DNA of 62,588 nt, counting the filler, from Sphacelaria rigidula (Eukaryota): assembly GCA_964200075.2 (NCBI GenBank). It is 8 parts of 8 records of this genome, joined end to end, with 100 filler letters (N's around TTAATTAATTAA, not from the genome) between each part and the next. Parts side by side here need not be neighbours in the genome. Positions count along the whole stretch, not along the records: positions 1 to 7,737 come from CAXNAA020013623.1; positions 7,838 to 15,574 come from CAXNAA020013624.1; 6 more parts are not named here. One strand, written 5' to 3'. This document shows positions 1 through 14,100 of the stretch, piece after piece. A program made the translations under genes and the position numbers. The notes under the pieces are model-generated. The model worked only from the letters and a program-made list of their open reading frames with translations. It was not told the DNA's origin and did no database searches. Each line of letters begins with the position of its first letter. The stretch's first letter is position 1.

Positions 1-335
1 TTCTTCGTAGTTCGCGTGTAATGCAGCTTGAGCCGCCACTCTCCTCTACGCTTGTCGTGGACAAACTTAGGAACCGTGGTCTTCACCCACCGCATAGCGC
101 CTGGCATACGCGAGGTCAGCAGCGAGCTCTTGCAGGGGAGACACTGCTGTGCTGCTGATGCTGCCGTTCGTGACTGTCACTTTCTACAATTGCGCCGCAT
201 TTTTTTTCAGGAATTTCACGAAAATGACCGTTTCATGCGTCAATCGCGCCGCGCTATGACGCGCTGTGATTGGCCGATGACTCTTCAAGTGCAGAACGTG
301 CTCTATGCAGGATTTGGAGAGCTGTAGCTTCTAGG

Positions 336-913
336 TGTGACTTCCCTGATTTCAGCGGTGGTTTCGGATTGACCTACAACGTAGCAGAAGCAGAGTTATG
401 GTCGTCTGACGGATTGACAGCGTCTTGGCCGGCCCAGCTTGTACTATAATGAGGTTACGGTGCTGTATATGGCAAGCACAGGCTCCCTAGGCGAGGCAAG
501 GGGGTCAGTCCTCAGACTGAACGGCCAAACAGGATGATGGGCACCATCTCACACAGATGTGTCCGGGCAATAGCAGAATCTCACGCGTAGGCTATATCTC
601 TTCGTTTTTACTTGGTTCCCACCTTCCAGTATCCGATCAATCAATCCAATCTCACGCTCAGTCAATCAGTCTCACCGGTGATGGAAATCTTTGCTGGAAG
701 AGGGGTGCAGATGGTAGTACCGTGGTGTGGGGCTTCGTTTGTGCAAGGGCAACCCAAGCCGTCACCATGTCTACCATATTCAAATTCATACTCGTACCTG
801 ACCAACTCTGAACAGACCTGCAGTCTTAGAAATACCATAAATGTCATGTAAAGCCGGACTCATCAACGGGTCTGAGGCGGCATGACAATCAGAATAATAT
901 GCTCCTCGTGACA
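336..913 (-). repeat. Putative 3' LTR of the Gypsy element
   Basis: On the minus strand a purine-rich GGGTGGGTTAG (PPT-like) directly precedes TGTCAC at 913-908. The probable end is GTCACA at 341-336; an alternative end lies at 175. No second LTR is present to confirm it. Confidence 0.55.
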
Positions 914-2130
914 CTAACCCACCCAGACGAACCTTTATTACAGCTGCGAGGGTTTTATCCTCAAAGCAGAGAAAACTCAGGTTTTTCTTTACTCGTGAAG
1001 TCATGAGCGTGTCGGCTGAATAAAATATACATATGGAATCACTCCCGTACCCACTCCCACACCTCAAAATAAGGAAAGCATATATTGCTTTGAGGAGCAG
1101 AAAAACTGATTCGAACCGCGGAAGCACAAACTGCTTCTGCGTGCTAACGATCAACGAAGAAGCACAAATCGCTTCGGCGTCCTACTAAAACGAAGGGGGG
1201 AAGCAGGGAGGTACAGCAGAGAGCAGAGCTTCAACCTGGGGGAATCCAAAGAGAAAAACGGGAAGATCAGTATGCGACCAACGCATGTTTGTCGGAAGCA
1301 AAATATGAAAATCGGTGATCCAGCGAGATTGAGCGCCAGTCGGCAGGGGATACTAAAGCTCTAGTAGTCGTAGGTGGTGAGTGGCTCCAGTAGTTCTTCG
1401 ATTGTCGTCCGATGTAGGTAGTCCTGTTGTAGATGTCGTAGAGTAGGGTCATAGTGAAGAAGGGAGGGCAAGAATACTGAAGAAGAGAGGGAAAGTTGCA
1501 GCGAAGGAGCCTGGTTTGAAGCGGTGCGTGGACGTCGTGGGTGTGATCGATGTTGCGCTGGAGACCGCGGCGAAGTCCTTTGGACTTTAGGCGCTGGAGG
1601 CACCAGGATCCGCGCGGTGCAGATGGGCTGGTGATATATAGTGCTGGTCGGAGCTTGAGCTGTATGGGTCCAAGGTCATCGACGAAGCGCACGATGCATG
1701 TGTCGGCAGAAACCAGGTTAGCGGAGTGGGTCTTACCCAACCACCAGAGGTTGTCGCTGCCTTTGAACCAAAGGTAGCTGCCCTTGGGCAGTATTCGCTG
1801 GTTTGCGAAGAACTTCGTCTTACAAGTCTTGGTGGGTACAAGTTTGTAACCATCGGCGACGAAGGGTGGTCCCTGATCGCGGTGAAGTTCGCGGGCTGCT
1901 GTGCCACGACGCATGTTACGATATTTCTTGTTGTGAGCAAGATGTTGGTGTTGAGATTGCGTCCAGTACAGAAGGATTGCACGGCGGTGCAATTGAAGGT
2001 CGGATTCGCGTTCCCAAAACGCTTTCCGGAGACCGTGCCAATGGATCGAGTAGCTGTTGAAATCATACTGTGTAAGTCCGGCAGGCAGGTACTTGGGCAG
2101 GTCGCTTGTATCATGCGGGTTCGTGAAGGG

Positions 2131-2630
2131 TATGAGAAACCGCTCTGGTGCGGGGATAATCGTCCACACAATTCAAGTGCGTGAACAGCAGTCAGTAGCC
2201 CGGTTCAGGCAAATAACAGTAGTAGTGTATAAAGCGTTCTGGTTATCTTTTTGTCATTCGCTGCTTACTCACTCAGTTTACCTCAATCACTTGCACTCTG
2301 TTACTCAATAACACACACTCAATCCCTCTCATTCAACACCACACAAACGCACTCACCGCACACACTTATGCAAACCCCTAGAGCAAGGCACTTTGACAGT
2401 GGGCAAGCCGGAACCAGACCTGACTGGACGACGGTGGGCGGTGCATAGCTCGCTTGTCTGTGCATGAAGTATATTGCACTCGCACAACCTACGTCATTAG
2501 ACATTATTCCTCTTATTGACCATGATAATACTTCGCAACCTCAACACATGGTTGATGTCAACTTGTACCGCACTGGATCTTGCATCAGTGTCGTTCATGA
2601 CTGGGCGTGAGCATCTTCGATCAGCCCCCC
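2131..2630. mobile_element. ~0.5 kb insertion (possible solo LTR) interrupting the Gypsy pol C-terminus
   Basis: Pol reads LLYLDLP..KLRVSAHR (~2632) and resumes at PFTNPHD (~2128). The intervening DNA is non-coding and CA-rich, with a TGTTGAGG start on the minus strand near 2547. Confidence 0.45.
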
Positions 2631-5600
2631 TGTGCGCAGAGACGCGGAGTTTGGTGTCCTTGCCCTGGAAGTCGCGAGGCAGGTCGAGATAGAGCAGTTT
2701 GCCATCAACTGGTTTATCATCCGGTGATGATGGCTATGGTCCGACTGTCAGGATCTTGAATGGTGCTGTCCAGTTGAGGGACAGTCTTCTCTTCAAACTT
2801 GTTTGTTGTTTCGTTGGCTGCCTTGCTGGTGCCTTGGCGGATGGTCGACAAACTGTTGTAGATCCAAACCCAATCACCAACTTTCCAGTTGGGGCATTTG
2901 TGCATGAGGTTATAGAGAGCAGTGTTAGATCTCTCCAGGCGCAAGGCGTTGATAGCGTGTTGTTCGCGCACGAGGGTAAACGCTTTACGTTGTCGAGAAT
3001 GCGCTAGCTCGCGGTAGGATATCTGATCCTGATCCAATCCTTGGTGGCCATCGAACGTGTGTCGCTCGAACGCGGTGATGGGCAGCCGAGGGTAACGTCC
3101 AAGATGGGGATCGTTCGGAGAAAGGCGTGTGGCGGCATTAACCGCGTTGTTGTAGGACAACATGATGTGCAAGAGATGTAGATCCCAGTCATTTTAGTGG
3201 TCATTGATAACCATAGAGACCATCTGGGCCATGGCGCGATTAACTCTTTCGGTACCACCGTTACCGTTCGGGTGGTAGGCGCTTGTTGCATCTTTGCGGA
3301 TGCCCAGGAGCTTGTAAAGCTCATCAGAGAAATCTGAGCAAAATTGCTGATCATTAGTTGAAAGTTGTTGCTTCGGGCAACCGGGGTGCTTAATATAGCC
3401 GTGGACCAATATGTCGGCCGCTCCGGCGGCAGTGAAATCTGCAGCGGTTACCGTGTGCATGGACGCGTGGCGGCTGAAGCGGTCAGTGAAGAGTAAGATG
3501 TAGGTGTTGCCGCGACCTATGGTCCGTAGAGGGCGAAAGTAGTCAAAGGACACAAGGTGGCCTGGCTCGTTGGGGAGTCCCATAGAGATGACGGGCCAGC
3601 GTACTGTCTGCCGTGAAGTCTTTCGGGCTTGGCATTTGAAGCATCGCCGAATCCAGAAACGGGTGGGAATTTCCATGCCAACCCACCAGTAGAAGCGTTC
3701 CAAGAGCGCGAGGGTGCGGGTGACGCCAAGGTGACATGACACATCTGTGTGGAAGCCTTTCATGACCCAGGGGCGCATCAATAATGGGACATATTATATG
3801 CGCGTTGGTTTGTCATCGAGTACTCGTGCGTCTCGTCGTTGAGACGAAAATTGCGCCTGTCAAAGGCGTGGGGCGACGCATGAGTAGTTGTACACCTTCA
3901 TCCGTAAGTAAAAGGGTACCTTTACGCATGAGCTCGTATACGTCAGAAATAACTGGTCGTGGCAGTGTGCCAACCGGGGCCAGAATGGCGGGTGGAAAAG
4001 GGATGGGGCAGTCGAGTTGTAAGTACCGGATGGCTGCGCGACATAGCGATTCCGCGTTTTGTTCGCGAGCCCAATCGCGGTAAGAGTAGCTGGTGAGAAA
4101 CTCGCGTAGTTGACCTATCGCTGGCGAGCTGACCAAACATGGTGGGATAGGCAGCGGGGGAATAGGCGACGGGCCGGAAATGCCGACGTCAATATCTGCC
4201 CACGGAGCAGGAGCTACGTCGTCAGCTCCATGCTGGCGAGCGGAAGATGTTGGTGGCACCGTTATAGGCGGCGGGGCTGTATCAGTGCGCGGCGAAGATT
4301 GTCCGCGGCGCGTGGTGCACGTTGCCAGAGTTTTCGCGGAGCGTTGCGTGCTGGTCCGTGGGACCGGTGCTGCGTGGCTCGTGGAATTTGCAGGTGTTAT
4401 CGGTAGCGGCGGGGCACTCGGGGGGCTAGTGCGGGCGGTAGACCGAGAGCTCGTGTCGTTGGAGATTAGGTAGGTGACCGAAGGTGTCTCCGTGAAGAAC
4501 TTCGCGCGAGTACCGAAAGTGCGGAAATCGACAAAATCAGAGGTAGTGAGCGATGACCCACCCAAGACGGCGTCATATGGTGGAGGGTGAGGCCCTCCCA
4601 TATGCATACCGGTTTCTGGGCGCTGGAGGTCGAGAGCGTAAACGGGTGTTGAAAACCGTCTAATCGCGTAAATTCCAGGTTCATCGGGTTCCGTTAAACG
4701 GCAAGCCGGGCTGGAATCTGCGGCCGTCGGCGGCCGGGGTAGTCGAGAAAGATCAGCGTTCCCGTTAGTTTTGCCTGGACGGTGCTTAATGGTATACTAG
4801 CATGCTGTTAGAAACTCCAACCATCGTTGTACACGCGGGTTGTATTGCCAACCTTGGCGAAATGTTCGAGTGCTCCATGATCCGTATAAATCTCGAAGGG
4901 CACGTGAAACAGATATTGCCGAAGGCGCTTAATGGCCCAGGTGATTACTCTGCCTTCCAGTCCTAGCGGGCTCCAATTGGACTCGTTTGGGCAGGTTGGC
5001 GCGGTTGATATAGAGGATGGGTCGAACGGAGCCATCAACCTGAGGTTGATCCAAAACTCCTGTAGATCCGTTTGTGCTGACGTCAGTGTGGAGTTGGAAA
5101 AGGCAAGAGCAATCATATATTCCCTCCCAACCAGGAAAGCAGAGTACCGGCTTTTCGGTGAGCGTCTTGAGTAATTCGCGGGTGATATTCTCCATATCGG
5201 TTGTGAAGGTAAATACGGCTCCTTTCTTGAGTAACTCAGTTAGGGGGCGAATCCGTTGAGACAAATTCGGCAAAAACTTGCGGTAGTAGGAGAGCCCGCC
5301 CAACAATGAGCGAAGTTGAGAAATATTAGTTGGCATCGGCAAGTCAGTCATCGCCTTGACTTTGCATCCGGATGCAGGCCTGCTGGCGAAACGGAATGCC
5401 CCAGGAAATCCAAGTCAGTCCCACCAAGGCGAGCTTTGGATGGAGACAGTTTCAAATCGTATGTGCGTAGGCGAGAGAGAAATTCTCGTAGAGTGCGGAT
5501 ATGGGCAATAGGTGAGGCATCGAAAGCGATAGCGTCATCCAGGTACATGGTGATGTGCTCGAGGTCCTCGGTGACGCGTTGTATCAAGCGTTGGAAGTAT

Positions 5601-7737
5601 CCCGTGGCAGTGGCGGCGCCTTGTGGCATTCAAAGCCACTCGTAGAATCTGGATAAGGTCCAAAAGGCCGTCCGTGGGACTGTGTCAAGGTGTATGGCAT
5701 TCTGAAAAAATCCAGAAGAGAGGTCGAAGATGCTGAATATTTTTCCTTCGCCTAAGGAGGCGAAGACTTCATCAATGCGGGGAATTGGAAGTTTACCGAT
5801 CACAATCACGCGATTCAACCGTTGATACTTCACGGTTATGCGTATGTTTCTATCCTTTTGGGGACGACCACAAGTGGCGAGGCCCAAGGAGAGGAAGGAT
5901 GTTGTATTTGTCCGCTCCCAAATACGCATCCAAGATGACGTTAACCTTCTTGGTAAGGATTAGGTTTGTCCGGTATGGTCGAGAAGAGATCGGCGGGACG
6001 CCGGGTTGGAGGGCAATCTCAAAGGGCAGCGTTTTGCAATGCCCAAGATCAGTCTTGGATCGGGAAAATCGGTCTTGGTACTGTCGCAGGACATCACTGA
6101 GTTCTCGGATGACTGCCGGTTCCCAGCCGGGCCCATGAAGGTCAAAACCGATGTCGCGCATGTGTGGCGGCAGTTGGTTTCACATTTGCAAGAAGCTATT
6201 CCGAGAATCTGGTGATGAGCGCTGAACACTTTAGCAGGAGGATCGGAATTTGACTGGGCAGGATCCACGGTGTGGACCTGGGGTGGAGTCGCAGAGGGGA
6301 GGTCGAAATAAGGTACATCGACACAATGGACAGACTCCGTCAGAGATGTGACGTTTGGCGCGGCAGGCTCTGTTACGCACGTCTCGAGTGGGATGTGCAT
6401 CAGGGAGCAGCGGCGATTCCTAAAATATCGCCGGGTCCCAAGTTAGCATGACCCGTGAGAGGGAGGAGTTATTGTCCCGCCGAGAAAAAATGTTCTGTGT
6501 CGGCTGGTGCGCCAATACGGGGTAACATTTCGGCAAGAAAATGACCCGTAAGTGCTGGCATGCCATTTCGGCGAACCAGCGCAACTTCTAGAAATCGAGG
6601 ATCGTCGGAGAGTGTAATACCTACGCTACTGTTGTATCGTAGGTGGTAAGCAGCTCCGGTTGCTTGAGTATTCTTCTGGTAGGCCAGGGCGCGGTGGAGT
6701 TTATCAACGTGTTCAAATTTGAATTCTTCACGAGGCGTAGAATGCGGCGATGGTGGTGGAAGCGTGCGGTAGGTTCGTTTATTAAACCGCATATAGTTAT
6801 CTCTGCCCAATAATAGGGCGTGGTGTATAGTGGTGTCGGGGACAATGTATGCCCAGACTGCCAGGCTAGCAGAACGAGTGGTGTTGTGAAAGCATTGCAC
6901 ACTGAGACGTGCGGATTTTCGTGTCGTCAGGGGTGCGGCAGAATCACAGAAACCGCCCCATACTTGAGGTTACGTGGTGGTTTCGCAAGCTGTAGTGGCA
7001 GCACCAGTCTGTTTCATGTGTTGCCATGTTGATTCTCGAATGAATATTTGCGGGCTGCCGCTGTCCGACAAGGATGCGCATTTAGTAGGCGTGGGGTGTT
7101 TGGACCAGAATCGATCGCAATGCGTGTAGTAAAAGTGGCCGGATCCACAGACAATATACCGCCGGCAAGATCCGGACCGTGTTCCGGCAAGGTAAAATGG
7201 TCAGGATCAGCGGGGCTGACAGCAAAAACGCACGGCGGGTGATCCGCCGGTGGGTTAGATTTCTCACCAGAGGAGGGGGTAGACGGCATATTATTTCCAG
7301 GTGTGGCACGGTCAGAGTGACCTGTGACGAACATACGCCGTCACGTTGAGTTGGTGGTGATAATATGAATAATGACTGGGGGCACGGAGTTTCTGGAGGG
7401 TTGTCGATAATAACCGGGGACACGGAGATGGTATCTGCAGGTTTAGAAAGCTGGTGCCCTGGAAGGTCGCTGCTGAATAATGAGAATGTTGTAAAGGCTG
7501 ACAACTGAAACTGAGGCCATTAAAGATGGGGAGTCCCTCAAAAGCAGTGATCCAGCAGTTCTTCCACTGGCTGGCGTCACAATATTGATATTAGTACTAG
7601 TGAGTCATCCTACGATAGGGGGTATTTTGGGCCATTTGATGCTCGAAATTTCGAGTCAGATCGTCGTGGAAAGCAGCAATGGTTGTTCGAACAAGCTTGT
7701 TGTGAATCAATAACGCTCATCCATACTGCCTGACACC

Positions 7738-7837
7738 NNNNNNNNNNNNNNNNNNNNNNNNNNNNNNNNNNNNNNNNNNNNTTAATTAATTAANNNNNNN
7801 NNNNNNNNNNNNNNNNNNNNNNNNNNNNNNNNNNNNN
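7738..7837. other. Artificial contig linker (N44-TTAATTAATTAA-N44); also at 15575-15674, 23411-23510, 31247-31346, 39083-39182, 46919-47018, 54754-54853
   Basis: Seven identical 100-nt linkers carry stops in all six frames and recur every 7835-7837 nt. Confidence 0.99.
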
Positions 7838-7839
7838 CG

Positions 7840-7875
<36 letters not shown>

Positions 7876-8178
7876 CGGGCATTTTGGGGCATTTCTTTCA
7901 CAAATTTCTACTTCAAATCGTCGCCAAAAGCAGCAACGGTTGTTCGAACGCGCTTGTTATTGAAAAGTAATCCCCATTCATGCTTACTGACACCGTCTTT
8001 ACCCAAAAATACAAGTGCGCCGCCAGTGTGTTTGATATTCTCCCCCTCCCTCCCAGCGTAGTATGATCCAAGGAATTCATCGCCGCTGACCGGTGTAGTG
8101 CTACATTATACCCTTAGTCCGGAGGGTCATCATTTGTCTGCCGTAGTAAAAGTAGGTCATACGATATAGCTGACTCAC

Positions 8179-11100
8179 CATGGTGGATCTGTAGCCCATG
8201 TTCCTGAGAGTACGGATGGCGCTAACGCCGCACCAGTCGAACTCCACGCTGCTGCCGATGCGGTAGGTGCCGCTGCCCAGAACCATAACGCCTCCGCCAT
8301 CGCTCTCCACTAAATCAACACGCCAAAGTCACAGCATCGTGAATCAAACACCCAAAGAAGCAAGAACTCGGTGTAAGGTCGCCAAACTGCGGCACCCATT
8401 GCTGATTCCAGTACCGGCCAATCAACAGATGAAAATTGATCGATTGTCGCACTCTAAATGATCGTGCCAGGTAGTCATAATCCAGCCGCGGTCAATTTCC
8501 ACAGGGTGGTCGCATGATGGACGAACCCGAGAAAAGAACAAAGCTGAAACACTCGCCGAAAGAAAAGGAGAGAAAACAGCGAAATTAAAACAAACCAGCT
8601 GAGTAAAATAGGGAAAACTATCATATATTTTGGCCGGCCTTTGCCACATGATTTCGGCAGAACACGTGCTGCGCAGAAACCGCACTCCTACCCAATCATC
8701 AATCGTTGCAAAACAAGAGGCCGTGGGGAAAGACTGCGGATCACGTACTGCGATCTCACTATTTCGGTATGAAACTGCAAATCCATGAGCCCTACGGAAG
8801 CGAGGCACCAAACTGCTCTGCCATAGACCGGCAGGAAGGGGCGCATACACGGAGACAAATATGGAGAATGAGAGCGGAGGAGACTACAGAAGTGGTGAGG
8901 CCCAAAGGATTCAGAGCAGCAGAGCAGGTACAGACACACACCGGGGGAAAATGACCGTTGAGAGAAGAAAGCAATTTCATGAAGAAAATTGATGACGAAC
9001 GTGTACCTGGTATCGAGTTATCAGGATTCAGTAATTTTCCCGCCCTTCAAGGCCTATTTTTGCCCCCCAAGTTCATCTTTGGTAAGGTTTATTTGTTGCC
9101 GCGGGTGGATTTCCTTGTGATAAGTTGGTATCCCACGATGAACTAAAAAAAAAAAACAATCGAACGCCCCTCAAATATCCTTCGACAGGTTGCTTGAAAT
9201 GTCTTGATTGCCTTCAACTGCTTTTTAACTTGATAGTCTTTTCTTTTTTTTGGGGGGGGGGGGAGGAGATTGCAAGACATGTATAGATACATATCTCGTC
9301 GAAGATGCAGCAAAATACACGAAAGGGGATGATACCTCGAAGTCGAGGTCCCGTAATTGAGGTACGGTTCTACACTGGGGTAGCGGGTAGTACACTCCGA
9401 TAGTGCGGTCTATCACGACTCACCGTCATCCTCAGAGCCGTGGTATGTCATGTACAGGTAGTTCGTCTGCGCGGGGTACTCCGCCGCCAGCGTATCGATC
9501 TGCTTCACGGAGGGTACCACTCCGAGCGATTTTCGTGCAGTTCGCACCTGTAATAAAATGTTGAAAATAGAATAAAGAGAAGAGAAAACAACGGACCAAA
9601 TGGGAAAAGGAAGAGAAAACATGAAAGGGTCAGAACTTTCCCTGGCATTTATTATTTGTATGTGACTAAATCAAAATCACCCGTCCTCCTCGTGAAAAAT
9701 GTTGTGTACCGTTTCAAGGGACCCCAGCACCCGACAGTGGAGAGAGATAAACTATTTCATGTGAACGCATGAGTACATGAGAACTTGTGGTGGTGTGACA
9801 AGGATATTCGTGGGTGCCTAGAATTGAAAAACATGTTGCGTTTACACTGGAATCAAGACAAAAAGTCAACAGCACCTGGTATCGCCCACCACCTCTTCAT
9901 ACGATTCCCTCACATTTCGTGAAGTGGTTTTTCATTAACGCAATTCGTATTTCCACTAGACACACCTCATCCTCCGTGCAGTTCATGCGCTGGGCGATCT
10001 GAATGTCGCTGTATCCCAGTTGCTTGGCTTCCAGCATCATTGCCCTTGTGACGGAGGCAACATCAGTGCCCTGTGATGACAATGAATAAAACATAAATGA
10101 TCAGTTGGGGGGGGGGTTATTGTGCATCAGATACCTAACACAACTTCATCCATGTACCATGGGATCTATCGCAGGAGTGATGCTACTGCCTGTTATGTGG
10201 GCTTCATCACAACCGTGCCTCCGGAGGCGGTGAGGAACGGATGACCCTGGCTGGTGCTGCATCATTTCATCAGAGTACTCGATAATGTTTTCGGGCAGGG
10301 CGCCTCGAGGAAGCAAAACGGGGTAGCTCATCAACAACATTTTGAAAAAAAGGAACACATACGCACACCTCCAACATAAACACGCAGGTAGCCGTATCCC
10401 CAGTAGCTTCTGCAGAATGCAACCCACGCAGCCGATATCTTCCCCCCGTGCTACAAATATATGTTCTCCCACGATACACCAACGGAGGCATTTTTCTTAC
10501 AGTCAAGCGCAATTCAAAATACCCGTCGATTTCCTCTGAAAGCTCCATCAAACTCGTCGCCAAATAGTCATCATCCAAGCTTCACCTCTCCTGGGTGGCA
10601 CGCCTCTAGCCAGCCTTTAATGCCGGCAACTCAGAAACTTTTGCTCATCAGCTCGTCTCTGTTATGCGGCCACCACCACAATCGTCAGTGTACCGTGAGT
10701 TCCTTGATGCACAATCCCCGCGTCGCGTGTAAAATCCACGAAAAAGTCATAACTCACCCTTTTCAATGCTTTACCTCGGGCAGTGTTGCGCCGGCCATTA
10801 ATCCGTTTTGTTTTTGTGTAACAGTTGTTCCAGATGTGTTTTTCTCGGGTACGTCCATCATGTGGATCATGAACCTGGCTGGATCATGACTACCTTGGGT
10901 ATCAGTTCAAGTGCGACGATCAATCGATCGTATCATTTAATCATGACGGTGTGAACGCGTCTGTATGTTCGTGGATGACGCCGAATATCACGTGTTTTGG
11001 TGCCCCATTTCTCCAGGGAGTTAAAATCATAGCAAAGAGAGTGACGTTTGGGCTTCTACAGATACTGCACAGATATCCGGTGTTGGTGCTTTCGATGGGA

Positions 11101-14100
11101 CATCTACCGACGACTCGTGCGCTGTAGTAGATTAAAAACTTATGTCATGTGTCATGTTCCACGCACAAGGACAGTCGTCAACTCTAGAGAATATCCTCGA
11201 AGCCCCAGGTGATCCCTCCGCCACCTCCCTTCCTCCCCACACCCGCCCACAACTGTCAACGAGGGACAGACCTGCATGGTTTTGCTGAAGTTAGCAATGC
11301 GCTCGAGTCTCCGGAGGAACCAGTGATCGATCTTGGACACGTTGTGAATCTCGTCAACGGTCATCGAGCCCTCGGCGAGCACCTGCGCAATGGTGTACAC
11401 ACGGAGATCCGTTGGCTTGTCCAGCTCCGTCAGCATCTCCTGTTTAGCTCTGTCATTGTGGTTTTTAATAGTATGGTCACGATCCACGCAACGAAGCAGA
11501 ACGAAAAACAAAACACGACATCGGAGCGGTTTGGAATCAACAATGTTGGGTAGCAAAAAATTAGCAGGTTTCCACTGAAGAACTTGCAGCATCAAAGTAA
11601 GTATGCGCGTGAACAAAATTAGAACGGCAACACAACCTCAACAAGACACGAAAAGTCTTACGAGTGAAGACCACGACGGTACCAACGTAACCTAATGCAA
11701 CGTAGGGAACACCCCCATCACAAGACAAACGCCATTACAAACTAAAACTCGATGGCGCGTCCATCATGCACTATTTAAATATCAATATACGTGCATCCTC
11801 ATCTATTTTTCATCAATCTTTGGTCCATATTTTTTTCATCCATACTAGGCCTCAAACGTCGAGTGGGTGCAATGGTCGCCATCTCCTCCACGAGCTCGGC
11901 AGGCCAACAATGGGTGGTTTTCTCCCTCAGGCGACGCGCGGCACGATACTAGAAGTTGAACGCTGAAATTTTGACAGCAGCTTTTTATGATCGACAAGCA
12001 GAATATCACGTGAGCAGCATATAAAAAATAAAAAAAGAAGTTATGGGGATCTGAAATTTCAGCAAAAACAAGATAATGTCGCAAGTCAAGAAAACCCCCC
12101 CAGAGAATCTACAGCTGCTCACGGGACGAGACGTATAATTTCCTTGGGTGCAAAAGGTCTTCGTGAAAGTTCAGCTCAAGAGTCGTCGAATTGGGCTTTG
12201 CGTGCAACGTTTTGCGTGACGCTGCTGCATCCCACTATTATAATACCGAGTGCGAGGTGATTGCTGACGTGAACCGACCGCATCGAAAAAAAAGGACTCC
12301 GACACACCATCGTCCAGTGACATGTGGCGCACCTCGTATTTTATGCAAGTACAATAGCGCCATCGGTAATACGAGGTCACTCGAACAGCAACGCATTTGC
12401 TTGTCATCAGGTGGGTCTGCAGTTCACAGTGATATGCTTACATCGGGTTCATTCAGAAAACTGGGAAAGCTGTGGTATGAGCAACTTTTAGCAGCTTTTA
12501 AGATGGGATCTTCCAGGGTTAATATTGTCACTACCATCTTGTATCACGCCTGTGTTGATTTTTCCGAGTCCTGTAATATTTCTCCTTTTGCCCCCGCCCT
12601 CTGCACCTCACTGTGGCTAGCTAACTTGTGAACAAGGAAGACGCCCGCTTCAGATTCCCAGTACAGATGTTGGAAGGGACTGGCCAGAGATCGGAACGGT
12701 TTCCAATCTCAAGGCAACAACAACAACAACGGCATCGGCTAGAGAACAAGAAATTTTGTCTGCATCTTGCTATGCGCTATTTTCTCTTATTTTCTACTGA
12801 GAGAGATTCATCGACGTAGGGAGAGTTGTCGACGCTTCGGACAAAAAGGCGTATTCTTGACAGTTTTTCTTGTGTTGTCTTGTACCTGATTCGGCCGTGA
12901 GGCTGGAATCCGTCGATGCCGCTGGGGTCGGTCATGCGCAGCGCTTTTTGCATGCTCTCCTCCCACGTACGGCCGATCGCTGGGGGGGGGAGACAAACAC
13001 GACGGCAAAGTAAAATTGTGCATTACGATCACACGAGAATAAGTGTAGGGTCCACTTTACAGTATATATAAGAACACAGAATATGCCATGTGCACAACAC
13101 CAGATCAATTACACAGAAACACGAAAAATAGACAGGTGTAATATCTTTTAAAAGAGAAGGTAAAACAAAGCAGAAACTCCACGATCACAAAAAGTAACGA
13201 AAGAAGTAGTGAACGAATACAGTATCATTTTCATTTATTTGAAACTTCTGCAGAACTCCATCCATCATGAGAGTCCCCGTGTTCTTTACATTCCTGAGCA
13301 TTTTACTATTAGTTTTTATGTAGCCTGTATTTTGTGCCACGACTTCAAGACCACGGGGCGGGAATTTTCGCGATTGAGCTAGTGTGAGAAACAACAACAA
13401 AAACGCAGGGGAATAAATATGTCAGAAAAAGCAGTTGGAGGCTATCTGCGACACGCACTCACCAGCAAATGTCTCAAGCTGAAGCCACACCACAGAGGTC
13501 GCCGCTACATCACATCCAGTACTTTCGAAAGTCCAACTAGCACTCAAAATTAGGATACAGTTCTCCGAAATCAACCAAAATTTACGTGAAAGAAATGCGA
13601 CCCCACACCTGCAGTCCCAAGAGCTGTATACAGCACTACTGCTGCAGACGATCAGACGTCGCATGCAGCACTTCAGATTTGAACGGGGATTCATCTCTCC
13701 CTCTACACCACTACTACTACAACAACAACAACAACAACAACAATGGATTACCATCGTATGATACAATCTTTCGAAAACAGCTCTTAGGGAGCGTTTCATC
13801 TTTGTTTTGTCTCCGGTATTTGTATCTCGTGACCACGGCTGGGTCCCTGGGGGGTCACTTATAGTGCGACATGCAATCCATCAATCAAAGTCTCCCTTCT
13901 AACCCAGCCTTGACATTGGAAGGGCCGGGGGGCATTTGTTCTTCTCCCACGAGCGGTGCTACAAAAGAGGGCCCGACCTACATGTCGCTTCAGTCTTCCA
14001 CTGTTTCTTCCCTCCTCCTAACTTCGTCGTTATACCCCGTGTTACGTACGTCCATCGTATGACGACGTCTCACTTCTTAGCGGACCAGTCAATATCCAAA

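Larger units (their letters stand above)
336..7500 (-). mobile_element. Degraded Ty3/Gypsy LTR retrotransposon (pol with frameshifts and stops; gag and 5' LTR not seen in this contig)
   Basis: Minus-strand fragments follow the Gypsy order. Protease-like IAIDSG (~7112) and ALLLGRD (6469-6900). RT with LPIPRIDE, FDLSSGFFQ, MPQG and YLDD (5348-6161). Linker/RNase H with QLRSLLGGLSYYRKF and FEIYTDH (4808-5351). Integrase zinc finger H..H..CFKC and core DRFSR, SAYHPNGNGGTERVNR (2717-3781). Chromodomain-like HWHGL..WERESDL (1267-2169). Outer bounds are approximate. Confidence 0.93.

Noticed and set aside
13420-13860. Possible Helitron Rep fragment (LLLQQ..WI) in a CPS intron
   Set aside because: The similarity depends on a (CAA)n microsatellite and is too weak to support.
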